From: an uncultured Verrucomicrobiota bacterium
GTDB taxonomy: Bacteria > Verrucomicrobiota > Verrucomicrobiia > Limisphaerales > J093
Direction: 5' to 3'
Assembly: GCA_964411985.1 (NCBI GenBank)
Contig: CAYPNF010000016.1
Span: 26,725 to 90,724, forward strand
Length of the DNA: 64,000 nt
Part shown: positions 25,246 through 35,300 of the stretch, piece after piece
How positions within the stretch are numbered: the first letter of the stretch is position 1
How the letters are laid out: each line of letters starts with the position of its first letter
Program-made: the position numbers and the translations under genes
Notes under the pieces: model-generated
Seen by the model: the letters and a program-made list of their open reading frames with translations, nothing else
What the model was told of the DNA's origin: nothing
Databases searched by the model: none

Positions 25246-26733
25246 ATGAACTGCAACCTGATGTTACTCGCTGTGCTGTTATTGTCCACGGCAGCTTACA
25301 CTGCCGACTCCGCTGGTGGTTCCAAGGTGACCCCTGTAGAATGGCTGCAAAAGCAAACCCCGCCTCGTTTCAAACCGGGTCACACGTTGCCGCGCCTGGG
25401 TCAAATGCACTGTGTCAATCCGCCCGTGGACCTTCGGGCTGAACTGGCTCGGAACTGGGGATTCGCCGTCCGCCTGAATCGGCCGATGGGAGAGCCGGAA
25501 TTGCTTCGGCTTTGCGCCGAGAACCCCGCGGTCTATCAACCCGCCGCAATGATCGGAAACCTGGCGAACATGGAAACCGATCGTTCGCGCAACTGGCCGG
25601 AAGGCACGTTCCTCTGCAAAGCCGATGGTTCACCCATTGCAGGTCGCCCCATTTTCAGCCCCGAAATGCCCGAGGCGGCCTGGCGCATGGTCATCGACGA
25701 GGCGATTCGGCAGATCGATGGGCAGCGGGGAAACCTGCCGCCGGAGGCAGTCGTTACGATTGAGAATTGGACCGAGTATGGCTTGACTGTGCCGATAGAA
25801 ATGGCGAAACACGCCGCCCAGGATCCCAAGGTCCTCGCGGCCAAAGGCAACCGCTCCTGGCAGGAATATGTGTCCGAGCGCAAGGCCCACTACGAGAAGC
25901 AGTTTGCCGAGGCGATTCATCGCAAGTATCCAAAGGCGCTCCACACGGCATATACTTACGGCGGCTTTGTCGGCAAACCGACCGGAGATTGGGCTTGGGA
26001 TTGGCAACAGATGAAAGGCACCACCGACCTGCCCAGCCCCGAGTGCTATTACAACTACTTCAACTCTGGATTCCTCGGAGGCAAGGACATGCTGACTCTG
26101 CGGTTGTACGGACGGCACATCGAGATCCTGGAAGGATCTCCGCATTACCTCGGCTGGCTCTGCGCCGGGTACGAACGCAAGATCGCGGACTACCAGGGCG
26201 ACCCCGCGCAGGGAATGTATGCCGACCTGCCGCGGTGGACGGGGTATCTGAAGATGTCGTACCTCGCCGGAATGTTGGGGGGTATCACCACGGGCGAGTT
26301 CGGCTGCGAAGTCCGCTACGAGCCCTTTGATCCGGCCCAACCGCCGAAGTGGCTCGATCAGATGCTGGCCGTGTCCCACACGCACGCCCTGTTCACCTGG
26401 ATCGAGACGGACTTGCGTAACAGCCAACTGCTGCCCGGTCCCAAACCGCACGCGTGGAGCAAAGAGCAACCTGCCTATGAATTTCCCACCGGACACAAGG
26501 ACACCCGCGTGCTCGTCCGCCGAGTCAACGGCACTTCTCGTTGGCTCATCGGCGCGTGGGCGGCCGACGGCGTTGAACGAGAGGTAACCGTGAACATCCC
26601 CGATCTAGGGGATGTTCATATCCTGGCGCGTCCGGCCGGAACGATCTATTTCGTGGTGCGGGAGGGCGAAAGAAAGAAGAGAACCTGGCTAGATGAAGAT
26701 GCGACGAAGCCAAGCCTCAAGGTTAACCGATAA
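25246..26733 (+). CDS. Secreted protein of unknown function (no family recognised)
   Basis: 495 aa with GGAGGA 8 nt upstream of the ATG. Clear signal peptide MNCNLMLLAVLLLSTAAYTA. Trp/Tyr-rich, as is common in carbohydrate-active proteins, but no diagnostic motif was recognised. Confidence 0.6.
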   Translation: MNCNLMLLAVLLLSTAAYTADSAGGSKVTPVEWLQKQTPPRFKPGHTLPRLGQMHCVNPPVDLRAELARNWGFAVRLNRPMGEPELLRLCAENPAVYQPAAMIGNLANMETDRSRNWPEGTFLCKADGSPIAGRPIFSPEMPEAAWRMVIDEAIRQIDGQRGNLPPEAVVTIENWTEYGLTVPIEMAKHAAQDPKVLAAKGNRSWQEYVSERKAHYEKQFAEAIHRKYPKALHTAYTYGGFVGKPTGDWAWDWQQMKGTTDLPSPECYYNYFNSGFLGGKDMLTLRLYGRHIEILEGSPHYLGWLCAGYERKIADYQGDPAQGMYADLPRWTGYLKMSYLAGMLGGITTGEFGCEVRYEPFDPAQPPKWLDQMLAVSHTHALFTWIETDLRNSQLLPGPKPHAWSKEQPAYEFPTGHKDTRVLVRRVNGTSRWLIGAWAADGVEREVTVNIPDLGDVHILARPAGTIYFVVREGERKKRTWLDEDATKPSLKVNR

Positions 26734-26828
26734 CCAACAAAACCCAATATGACTTCGCTGAAACCAAGTTACGTAAGCCGCACTTTCTTCACGGCACAAA
26801 TAGTACATTGCATACGAATTGGCACCTT

Positions 26829-27137
26829 ATGAAACGCATACTGCTCTCGATTACATTGATTGTATTCTCGATACTCACTGCCATTGCTTTATGGCAGCAC
26901 GGCTATTGGGGAATATTTGCGCCGCACTTCAAGAGTACCGCTGCGGCTCAGGTCTTTGCCGACCTGGTGATAGCCCTTTCCCTGTTCCTTTGCTGGATGT
27001 GGCGTGATGCGCGTTCTACTGGACGCAATCCATGGCCGTGGCTGGCGCTCACCTTGGCCACCGGTTCCATCGGCGCCCTGCTGTATCTGCTGTGTGTACC
27101 CGCTCACAAGCACGATCCCTCGGCCGGGACGAGATGA
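26829..27137 (+). CDS. Small 3-TM membrane protein (DUF2834-like)
   Basis: MKRILLSITLIVFSILTAIALW...FADLVIALSLFLCWMWRDARSTGRNPWPWLALTLATGSIGALLYLL. A TTG at 26808 is also in frame. The local GC is lower than in the surrounding sequence. Confidence 0.5.
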   Translation: MKRILLSITLIVFSILTAIALWQHGYWGIFAPHFKSTAAAQVFADLVIALSLFLCWMWRDARSTGRNPWPWLALTLATGSIGALLYLLCVPAHKHDPSAGTR

Positions 27138-27158
27138 GTCACTCCCGCAGATCGAGTC

Positions 27159-29336
27159 ATGAATCCGAAACGTCTTATCACCTTCATTCTCGCGCTGTCC
27201 CCGCAGGTCATCGCCATGCAGGCAAAGAACCCCGGGGATTTCGCGATCGAATTGCCGGGCACCAACGCTACGAGACGACTGCCTGCGATTGGCCTAGTCC
27301 TCGGGGTGGCGCTCAACAGGATCATCGCCGACCCGGAGGCTCCGGACATCAGGTCGTCCCCCCTGCCCGCCCGCCAGGTCCATCTCGACTTCCACACCTC
27401 GCAATGGATTCCCGAGGTTGGCACGCGTTTCAGCAAGGTCCAGTTCCAGCAGGCGCTAAAGCTGGGTCACGTCAACTGGATCAATCTCTTTGCCAAGTGC
27501 CACCACAGCTGGAGCTACTATCCAACGACGGTCGGCCGCCAGCACCCCAACTTGACGTTCGATTTGCTGGGCCAGCAAGTCGAGGCCTGCCATGCGATGG
27601 GCGTGCGTTGCCCGTTCTACTTCACCGTCGGCTGGTCGGCAACGGACGCCCAAGATCATCCCGAATGGTGCGTGCGGAAGAAGGACGGTTCCGCTGCCAC
27701 CATCAACCTGGATGAGAAAGCCGCGCCGTCCGAACGCCGTCCGATTGTCTCCTGGAAGTTCTTGTGTCCAAGCGGAGCCTATAGGAACCTCATCCTCCGG
27801 CAAACGGAGGAGCTCTGCCGGCGGTACCCCGTGGATGGTTTCTGGTACGACATCACCTACGGCCCCGCTTGCTATTGCGAGCCGTGCCGCAAGGGAATGT
27901 CCGCGGAAGGGGTGGACGTCGAAGACGATGCGGCCGTGGCGGACTACAATGAACGGAAGTGGCGGAGCTTCTTTGCGGCCGCGCGACAACTTGTGGCCCG
28001 CTTTCATCCCCAAGCGACGGTCTTCTTTAACAACACCGCTGGACTCACGGCCGACAACCTGGCGCGCCGAATGTATACTTACAACACGCAGCAGGAGATG
28101 GAGGATTTGCCGACGACCTGGGGTGGCTACGACAAGCTGGCGCTGCGCGCGAAATACTTTCACAACTTCAGTGAGCCGATTGTGGCGATGAGCGGGAAGT
28201 TCCACACCACGTGGGGCGAATTCGGCGGATTCAAGCACCCGGACGCCATCCGGTACGAGGCCGCTGCGATGATCGCCAACGGTGTCGCCTGCAATTTCGG
28301 AGACCAGTTACATCCTTCCGGCGAGATGGACCTCGAAACCTACCGGAACATTGGTCACGCGTACGTTTACGTGGAGCAGATCGAGCTGTACGGACTCGGC
28401 GGAAAACCCATCTCGCGCCTCGGCGTATGGCTGAGCGGAACCACTGCGGATGACGAGGGGGTTTCCAGCATGCTGCAGGAACTCCAGGAGGACTTTGTCG
28501 TCGTGGATCCAACCAACAACCTGGCCACCCTCGATGCCGTTATCCTGACCGGTGCGCCTGGACTTAAGCCAGGGCAGGCTGAGCTGCTCGAAGCCTTTGT
28601 GAAACGTGGCGGAGCCTTGCTGGTGCTGGGCGAGAGCGCCCTGAACCGCGACCGCAATGGTTTCCTGCTGGACATCGGTGCGCGCTACCTTGGCCCCGCA
28701 AGCTTCCAGGAGGATTACCTAGTGGTGGGGGAGACGCTTGGAAACGGGCTGGAGTCCACCCCCTTCCTCAACTACGAGGCAGCGCTCCGGGTTCAGCCAG
28801 ACGCAGGAGCACAGGTGCTGGCGCGCATCCGCGAGCCCTATTTCAACCGTACCTACGGCCAATACTGCTCCCACCAGAATACTCCCTATCAACTGCAAGA
28901 CGCCACGCATCCAGGCGCGGTGCAGAAAGGCCGGGTCCTGTTCCTGCCGCATCGTCTGGGCAAACTCTACAGCGAGAACGGGGCGCGCTTGCACCGAGAT
29001 TTCTTCGGCAATGCCCTGCGTCGGATTTACCGCCAACCCATGGTACGCACGGAACTCCCAAGCGCCGGCCGTGTCACTCTTCTTAAACAATCCGAACAAC
29101 ATCGTTATGTGGCGCATCTACTTTACGCCCCGCCGCTCCAGCGCGGACGCTGCCAAGTCATCGAAGACCTGCCGGAGCTGAGGAACGTGCCTGTTGTCGT
29201 GAGGGTCCAGGAGAACATCAAGAAGGCCTACGTGATCCCCGGCCACAAGCGGCTTTCCCTGCGCAGGTCGGAGACTAGCGTCCGCGTCGTAGTTCCCGCA
29301 TTCCAGTCCCACGTGGCCGTTGTAATGGAGTACTAA
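27159..29336 (+). CDS. Putative glycoside hydrolase: GHL6-like TIM barrel plus a GH42-type (beta-galactosidase trimerisation-like) middle domain
   Basis: 725 aa with a signal peptide. VHLDFHTS...INLFAKCHHSWSYYPT...DGFWYDI resembles the 'hypothetical glycosyl hydrolase 6' family. DAVILTGAPGLKPGQAELLEAFVKRGGALLVLGESAL resembles the GH42 M domain. Family assignment is tentative. Confidence 0.55.
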   Translation: MNPKRLITFILALSPQVIAMQAKNPGDFAIELPGTNATRRLPAIGLVLGVALNRIIADPEAPDIRSSPLPARQVHLDFHTSQWIPEVGTRFSKVQFQQALKLGHVNWINLFAKCHHSWSYYPTTVGRQHPNLTFDLLGQQVEACHAMGVRCPFYFTVGWSATDAQDHPEWCVRKKDGSAATINLDEKAAPSERRPIVSWKFLCPSGAYRNLILRQTEELCRRYPVDGFWYDITYGPACYCEPCRKGMSAEGVDVEDDAAVADYNERKWRSFFAAARQLVARFHPQATVFFNNTAGLTADNLARRMYTYNTQQEMEDLPTTWGGYDKLALRAKYFHNFSEPIVAMSGKFHTTWGEFGGFKHPDAIRYEAAAMIANGVACNFGDQLHPSGEMDLETYRNIGHAYVYVEQIELYGLGGKPISRLGVWLSGTTADDEGVSSMLQELQEDFVVVDPTNNLATLDAVILTGAPGLKPGQAELLEAFVKRGGALLVLGESALNRDRNGFLLDIGARYLGPASFQEDYLVVGETLGNGLESTPFLNYEAALRVQPDAGAQVLARIREPYFNRTYGQYCSHQNTPYQLQDATHPGAVQKGRVLFLPHRLGKLYSENGARLHRDFFGNALRRIYRQPMVRTELPSAGRVTLLKQSEQHRYVAHLLYAPPLQRGRCQVIEDLPELRNVPVVVRVQENIKKAYVIPGHKRLSLRRSETSVRVVVPAFQSHVAVVMEY

Positions 29337-29339
29337 CCC

Positions 29340-30437
29340 ATGAATCATCAACTGGATCTAGCAAAGATGGCTGCAGCCCAACGCCGTCGCGACTTTCTTA
29401 AAGTACACGTCGTTGCAAGCATGGGCGCCATCATGGCGGGATTGAGTCCATCGGAGGCGGCGCCCTTAGAGACCACGGCCTCAGCGTCCGGGATTTCGTC
29501 TCCAGACAAGTTGCGTGAGCAATACTTGTCCTGCCTTGGCGGACCATTCCCGAACTCTATCCCGCTGGATCCCCAACTGCGCAGCAGCACTCAGAAGGTC
29601 GGGTATCGCATCGATTCCCTGACCTATTCCTCACCGCTGGGCGGACGAATTCCTGCATTATTATTGGTCCCGGATCAAGCGACCGCCGCTCATCCTGCTC
29701 CTGGCATCGCTGTCTGGCATCAGCACAATGGCCAATATTTCTTGGGCAAATCCGAGCCTGCGGGGTTGGCTGGTAATCCCATGCATCACACGGCGGTGGC
29801 GCTGGCCAAAGAGGGATACGTGGTGATTTGCCCCGATGCGCTCGGCTTCGGAGAACGTCAGGATCCCACTGGGAAGCTAAAAAACGGCGATTACGAACGC
29901 TTCGTATTTCTCCGTGAAGTGGTGCGGGGACGCAGTCTGGCTTGGGTGAACATATCGGATATGCGGCGAGCCGTGGACCTTCTTTGCCAACGTCCGGAGG
30001 TGCGGGCCGACCAACTGGGCTGCTACGGCCACTCCATGGGTTCGACCCACTGCTGGTTAGTTGGCCCGCTAGAGCCACGGTTGAAATGCATCGTCGGTAA
30101 CTGTTGCCTGCCCACCTACGAAGGCATCGAGCAAGAGCATTTATTGCACTGTTTTCCAAATTTCGTGCCCGGTTGGGCACAGTTGGGTGACACACCGGAT
30201 ATCGCCTCTCTCATCGCACCCCGAGCGCTGCATCTGAGTCTTGGAGAAACTGATCATGGAAGTCCCATTGAATCCGCGCGCCGTGGAATCAAGCGAATCG
30301 CCGCTGCCTACGAAAAATCCGGAGCATCCGCCAATTTCACCCATTTCATCGAACCGAATACAGGTCATGTCCTTTCCGACGCCATGTGGCAGCGGGCGAG
30401 AGATTGTTTCGGCCGGCATCTAAAGTTCAAACCATAA
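29340..30437 (+). CDS. Alpha/beta hydrolase (dienelactone hydrolase / acetyl-xylan-esterase-like) with a Tat-type signal
   Basis: Twin-arginine motif QRRRDFLKV, nucleophile elbow GHSMGS, and late His (NTGHV). Confidence 0.75.
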   Translation: MNHQLDLAKMAAAQRRRDFLKVHVVASMGAIMAGLSPSEAAPLETTASASGISSPDKLREQYLSCLGGPFPNSIPLDPQLRSSTQKVGYRIDSLTYSSPLGGRIPALLLVPDQATAAHPAPGIAVWHQHNGQYFLGKSEPAGLAGNPMHHTAVALAKEGYVVICPDALGFGERQDPTGKLKNGDYERFVFLREVVRGRSLAWVNISDMRRAVDLLCQRPEVRADQLGCYGHSMGSTHCWLVGPLEPRLKCIVGNCCLPTYEGIEQEHLLHCFPNFVPGWAQLGDTPDIASLIAPRALHLSLGETDHGSPIESARRGIKRIAAAYEKSGASANFTHFIEPNTGHVLSDAMWQRARDCFGRHLKFKP

Positions 30438-30443
30438 TCAATC

Positions 30444-32384
30444 ATGCAAAGAGAACTCCATAAACACGCGATGTCGATATGCCGTTGGGTCTCGCTCTGG
30501 CTGGCTGGTTTGATTCTTTCCTTCGCCACGTGCGAGACCATTGCGGCAGAGTCTGTTAACGCCAGCACAGAATCCCCCTATCGCGTGACGGTAGAGGGCC
30601 GCCCCGTCGCCATCTATCAGGCGAACACCTGGGACCCGGGCTACGTGCCGTCCTATGGCGGTCCCTACTGGTTTTGCTCCTTCGACATGGCGGGGCCGGT
30701 CCAGGTCGAGGTCTCGACGTCGAGATCGATGGACAAACTGCTCGTGCTGCCGGAGTCGCGCGGAGTCGTGGCGAACGTCACCGGCACCAACGCCGTAATG
30801 CAGTTCGCCCAGCCATGCCAGATTGTCTTCGAACCGGACGGCAAGAACGGACCTCTGTTGCTCTTTGCCAATCCACCCGAGCAGGCAACGCCGGACAAGA
30901 ATGACCCGAACGTCAAATACTTCGGCCCTGGGTTGCATCGGGCCGATGCCATTGAACTCACCAACAACCAGACGCTCTACCTCGCGGCGGGCGCAGTCGT
31001 GCAGGGCGGCATTCACGCGCGGGGCACAAATATCACCATCCGCGGACGCGGCATCCTCGACGGCTATGCCTATCCGCGCTTCAAGGGGCCGACACGGTAC
31101 CCCGTGCTCCTGGAGAACTGCCGGGACGTCACGGTCGAAGGCGTCGTCATCAAGGACGGCTGGAGCTGGACCTTTGTACCCGGGGGGTGTGACCGGGTTC
31201 GCATCGAGAATGTGAAGCTGCTCTCGGCGCGGGTGGAGAACGGCGACGGTTTTGACATCGTCAACTCACGGAACGTCACGATCGCCAATTGTTTTGTGCG
31301 TTCCGACGACGACTGTGTGACGCCCAAAGGGATGGGGGCGCGCTGGCAGGGCTTCTATGGCGACTCGGATGCAGCCTCATCCACCGCACCTCCGGCCCGC
31401 GGAATGGCCGTGGAGAACTTGCGTGTCGAGAACTGCGTGCTGTGGAGCGACCGCGCTCACGTCTGGCGCATCGGTTGCGAGTCGCAGGCAGAGGCCTTTC
31501 GCAATCTCGTCTTCCGAAACATCGACGTCGTCCACTTTCCCGACCTCTGGACTCCCGATGAGGTCCCCTTCTGCATCAGTCTGGAACCCTCCGAAAACAT
31601 GGTGCAGGAGAACATCCTCTTCGAGGACATACGGGTCCGAACGGATGGACAGCGGGGCTTGATCGACGTGCGCCCGAAGGTCACGCAGTGGGCGCGCCAT
31701 CCCGTGCCGGGCCGCATACAGAACGTCGTCTTCCGCAATGTCTCCTTCGCCGGGCGCGCAGGCAAGGTGCCCGGCCGCGTCCGCGTCAACGGTCCGGGAC
31801 CCGCGCACTCGGTGGCCAACGTCCGATTCGAAAATGTCATCCGGAATGGGCAGATCCTGACGGGAGCCTCGCCCGGCGTCGAGTTGCTGGGATTTGTCGA
31901 CGGGATCACTTTCGCGTCCGCTGGCGCCGGGAAACCGGCAAGCGAAGTGGCTTCGACCGCGGAAACCCGCCGCCACGCGCCCATCGTGCTGATTGAAGCC
32001 CGCCAGGCGCGGGGCGTGATCGCAGCTCCAGGCGGTGCCGAGGGTCCCTTCAAGGCCGCCGTCGCCCGCCTGCAAGAAGGTTTGAAGCGGGCAACCGGAA
32101 CAACGCTTCCGGTCGTGGAAATGGCCAAGCCCGGCTCGGCGGTGATCTTGGGCGATTCGCCGCAAGCGGCGGCCGAAGGCTTGAAGTCCGATCAGATCCC
32201 AGCCGGAGGATTCGGGATCCGGACCCTCAAGGAACGCGTCTTGATTGTCGGCGATGCCACAGGCGTGCTGCGCGGCGTGGACGTCTTCCTCGCCCGCGCA
32301 CTCCATTATGTCCCGCAGGGCTCGACGGAACCGGGCACGGATCTGGTCGCCGCCCCGATGTCAGCCAGCAGCCGGCCCGAATGA
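30444..32384 (+). CDS. Right-handed beta-helix glycoside hydrolase, GH28-like (polygalacturonase/rhamnogalacturonase-type)
   Basis: NITIRGRGILDG...CRDVTVEGVVIKDGWSWTF...NGDGFDIVNSRNVTIANCFVRSDDDCVTPKG matches the GH28 catalytic Asp pattern. It carries an extra ~180-aa C-terminal region. The start may instead be ATG 30471 (MSICRWVSLWLAGLILSFA). Confidence 0.7.
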   Translation: MQRELHKHAMSICRWVSLWLAGLILSFATCETIAAESVNASTESPYRVTVEGRPVAIYQANTWDPGYVPSYGGPYWFCSFDMAGPVQVEVSTSRSMDKLLVLPESRGVVANVTGTNAVMQFAQPCQIVFEPDGKNGPLLLFANPPEQATPDKNDPNVKYFGPGLHRADAIELTNNQTLYLAAGAVVQGGIHARGTNITIRGRGILDGYAYPRFKGPTRYPVLLENCRDVTVEGVVIKDGWSWTFVPGGCDRVRIENVKLLSARVENGDGFDIVNSRNVTIANCFVRSDDDCVTPKGMGARWQGFYGDSDAASSTAPPARGMAVENLRVENCVLWSDRAHVWRIGCESQAEAFRNLVFRNIDVVHFPDLWTPDEVPFCISLEPSENMVQENILFEDIRVRTDGQRGLIDVRPKVTQWARHPVPGRIQNVVFRNVSFAGRAGKVPGRVRVNGPGPAHSVANVRFENVIRNGQILTGASPGVELLGFVDGITFASAGAGKPASEVASTAETRRHAPIVLIEARQARGVIAAPGGAEGPFKAAVARLQEGLKRATGTTLPVVEMAKPGSAVILGDSPQAAAEGLKSDQIPAGGFGIRTLKERVLIVGDATGVLRGVDVFLARALHYVPQGSTEPGTDLVAAPMSASSRPE

Positions 32385-32388
32385 CTCC

Positions 32389-35300
32389 ATGAAAACCTCT
32401 CCCGTCATCGTGTCCTTGGCGTGCGGTGTGGCCGCCTTTCTCAGCACTCTGGCTCCCCTCACCCACGCCGAGGAACAAGGCGCCCGGGCACGCAACAAGC
32501 GTCTCTTCATCGTGCCGCCGCCCGGGCCAGTCCAAGTCGACGGCCGCCTGGGGGATTGGGATCTCAGCGGGCAGATCGAGATCTACGCCAGCCGCGAATC
32601 GGCTGCCGGACAGAGCGCCAGCATCGCGGCCATGTATGACGCCGAGGCGCTGTATCTCAGCGGCGATTTCCGTGACCCGACACCGATGATGAACCAGCAC
32701 GACCCGCGCGTGAACGCCGAGAAGGCATGGGATGCGGATGCCTTCCAGTTCCGCCTCGTGCTCGATCCTAAACTACCCTATCCCCTCCACGAGAGTTCCC
32801 TGGACAATCCCAAGCCCAATCCCGCCCTCTGCCACATGCTGCTCTGGTATTACACGGACCGGAAGGAGCCCTGCCTGCATTTGCAGTACGGCATGACCTA
32901 TTCGCCGCCCAAGGCCGGGTATCCCCAGGGCGTGGTGCCCAGCGATCAATTCCAGGCTGCCTACCGCAAGTCAGACGACGGGCTGGGCTACACCTTCGAA
33001 TACCGGATTCCCTGGACGACGCTCCAGGCGTCCGTGCCCCCGAAGGCGGGCGATGCGCTGGGCGCGGCGATCCAGATCCAATGGGGTTCGCCCGACGGGC
33101 TGACCTCGTCGGGCGGCGGTTGGGCGATGGATCTGATGGCCACGGCTGGATTCTCGTTTCAGTCCACCGCCTGCTGGGGACGCGCCCTATTCACGGTCGC
33201 AGGGAATTTGCCTCCAGTCGCGCGCGAACCCTCGGGCGGCGGGGCAGCCATTGAACCGCCACAACCGCTGACGTTTTCCTACGTCCTTCCCCAGGATGGG
33301 GAGGCGAGCATCGCGCTGTTCAATGCGGAAGGTCAGATGGTCCGGCACGTTATCGCCCAGGCGTCGCGCCGGGCCGGGGCCAATAGGGATCCGTGGGATG
33401 GTCTCGATGAGCTGGGGTCTCCGTTGCCGGCCGGCGCATATCGATGGAGGGGCATCGTCCACGAGCCCATTCGCACGCGTCATTTGCTTTCGGTCCACAA
33501 CTCCGGCATGCCCCCCTATGCCACTCCGGACGGCACCGGGGCGTGGGGTGCCGATCATGGCCGGCCGTCCACGGTCTGTACCGCCGGTGAGCACATGATC
33601 CTGGCGTGGGACGGCGGGGAAGCGGGCTGGTCGATTCTGCGCACCGATCTTCAGGGCCGGAAGCAGTGGGGCATCAAAACCGGAGCCCTGTTTCTCGCCA
33701 CCGATGGAAACGAACGCCTCTTCGCCAGCGGCGGTGGCGGGTTTCATGACGGCCAGGGCGTCGAGTGTTTCTCGTTGCGCGACGGCCGGCCGCTCAATTT
33801 CGGCAATGGCAAACCCAAGATCGACGAATCCGCGGGCGGCGACCGTCGCCAGCGGGCCGTAACCGGCCTGGCCTACGCAGGGGGTAAACTCTTTGCCGCC
33901 TACGCCCACCGGAATCTGCTGTGCCGATACGACGCGACTTCCGGGGTCCTCGAGGAATCATGGAACGTGCCGGAGGTGCGCGCGCTGGCCGCCGGGCCGG
34001 GCGGGATTCTCTTTGCGCTGAGTGCCGGCAGAGTTGTCGTGATGGCGGCTGGGCAGACGTCGCCTTTCGCCAGCGTGCATCTCGACGAACCGGTGAGCCT
34101 AGCGGTGGATACGGCTGGGGCAGTCTATGTGGCGAATCGCGGCGCATTGCAGAATGTCAGCGTCTACTCGCCCGAGGGCCGGTACCTGCGCTCCATCGGC
34201 AAGGCGGGGGGCCGTCCGCCGGTTGGCCCATACCAGCCGGAGGGCATGTATCGCCCCGGGGGCATCGCCGTCGATCGCGAAGGCAAACTATGGGTCGCGG
34301 AAATCGAGGACTCCCCAAAGCGATTCAGTGTTTGGAATCTCCAATCCGGCGCGCTGCACACCGAGTTCTTCGGCGCCAGCCAGTATGCCACGTTCGTCAG
34401 CATGGATCCGCAGCGTGAGGACGAGGTCTATTGTCATCAAACCGTCTGGAAGGTGGATCTCGACCGCGGGACCTGGCGCCCCGCCAGCACGATGTGGCGC
34501 GCGACACAACCCAACATGATCGCCGCGGCGCTGGAGAGCACCCGGGTCCTCACCGCGAAGAACGGCGGCCAGTTCGCCTGGGGCCGCGCGAACTACTCGC
34601 AGATCCTCTACCGGCGGGACGGCGACGTCTTCAAACCCATCGTTGCGGGCATGATCGTGGCCAAGGGCAACCCCTACATCCAATGGCCGCCCTATCCGCT
34701 CATGGCCGATCAGAGCCGCTGGCCCAATGGCGTTTATTTGTGGCAGGATGCCAACGACGACCAAACCATCCAGGAGAAGGAGGTGGTCAAAAGCCCCGTC
34801 CCGCGCGGTGAAAGCTTCTGCCGCTGGGTGGACACCGACCTGAACCTGTATTGCGAAAACGGCGCCGTTTTCCGCCCCACGCGCACCACGACCGATGGCC
34901 GCCCCATCTACGACCTGACCCAGCCTGACCGGGTGCCAGTCACCGCCAATGGCGGGTTTGGCGGCATTGTCGCCGACCCGGCGGACCAGGCCTTCTACCT
35001 CATCAAGAACGACGGCGACGGAGATGCCCAATTCCCGGGCTGGGGCCGCTACTCGATGAACGGCATGCTCGTTTGGGGATATCGCAGCGCCCTGAGCTGG
35101 AATGCCGCACTCGGCCGCCCTGTGGCGAAGGCGGGGCAGATCTGGGGAATCACCTCGCCGCTAGGGGTGGCCGGCGACATCACCGGGGTGGCTAGCTACT
35201 TTGGCACCTTCCACCTCATGACCCGCGATGGCCTCTATGTCGCCCAGCTCTTCAAGGACCAGCGCCTGGGTGAGACCGGCCCGGAAGTAATCAATGCCGA

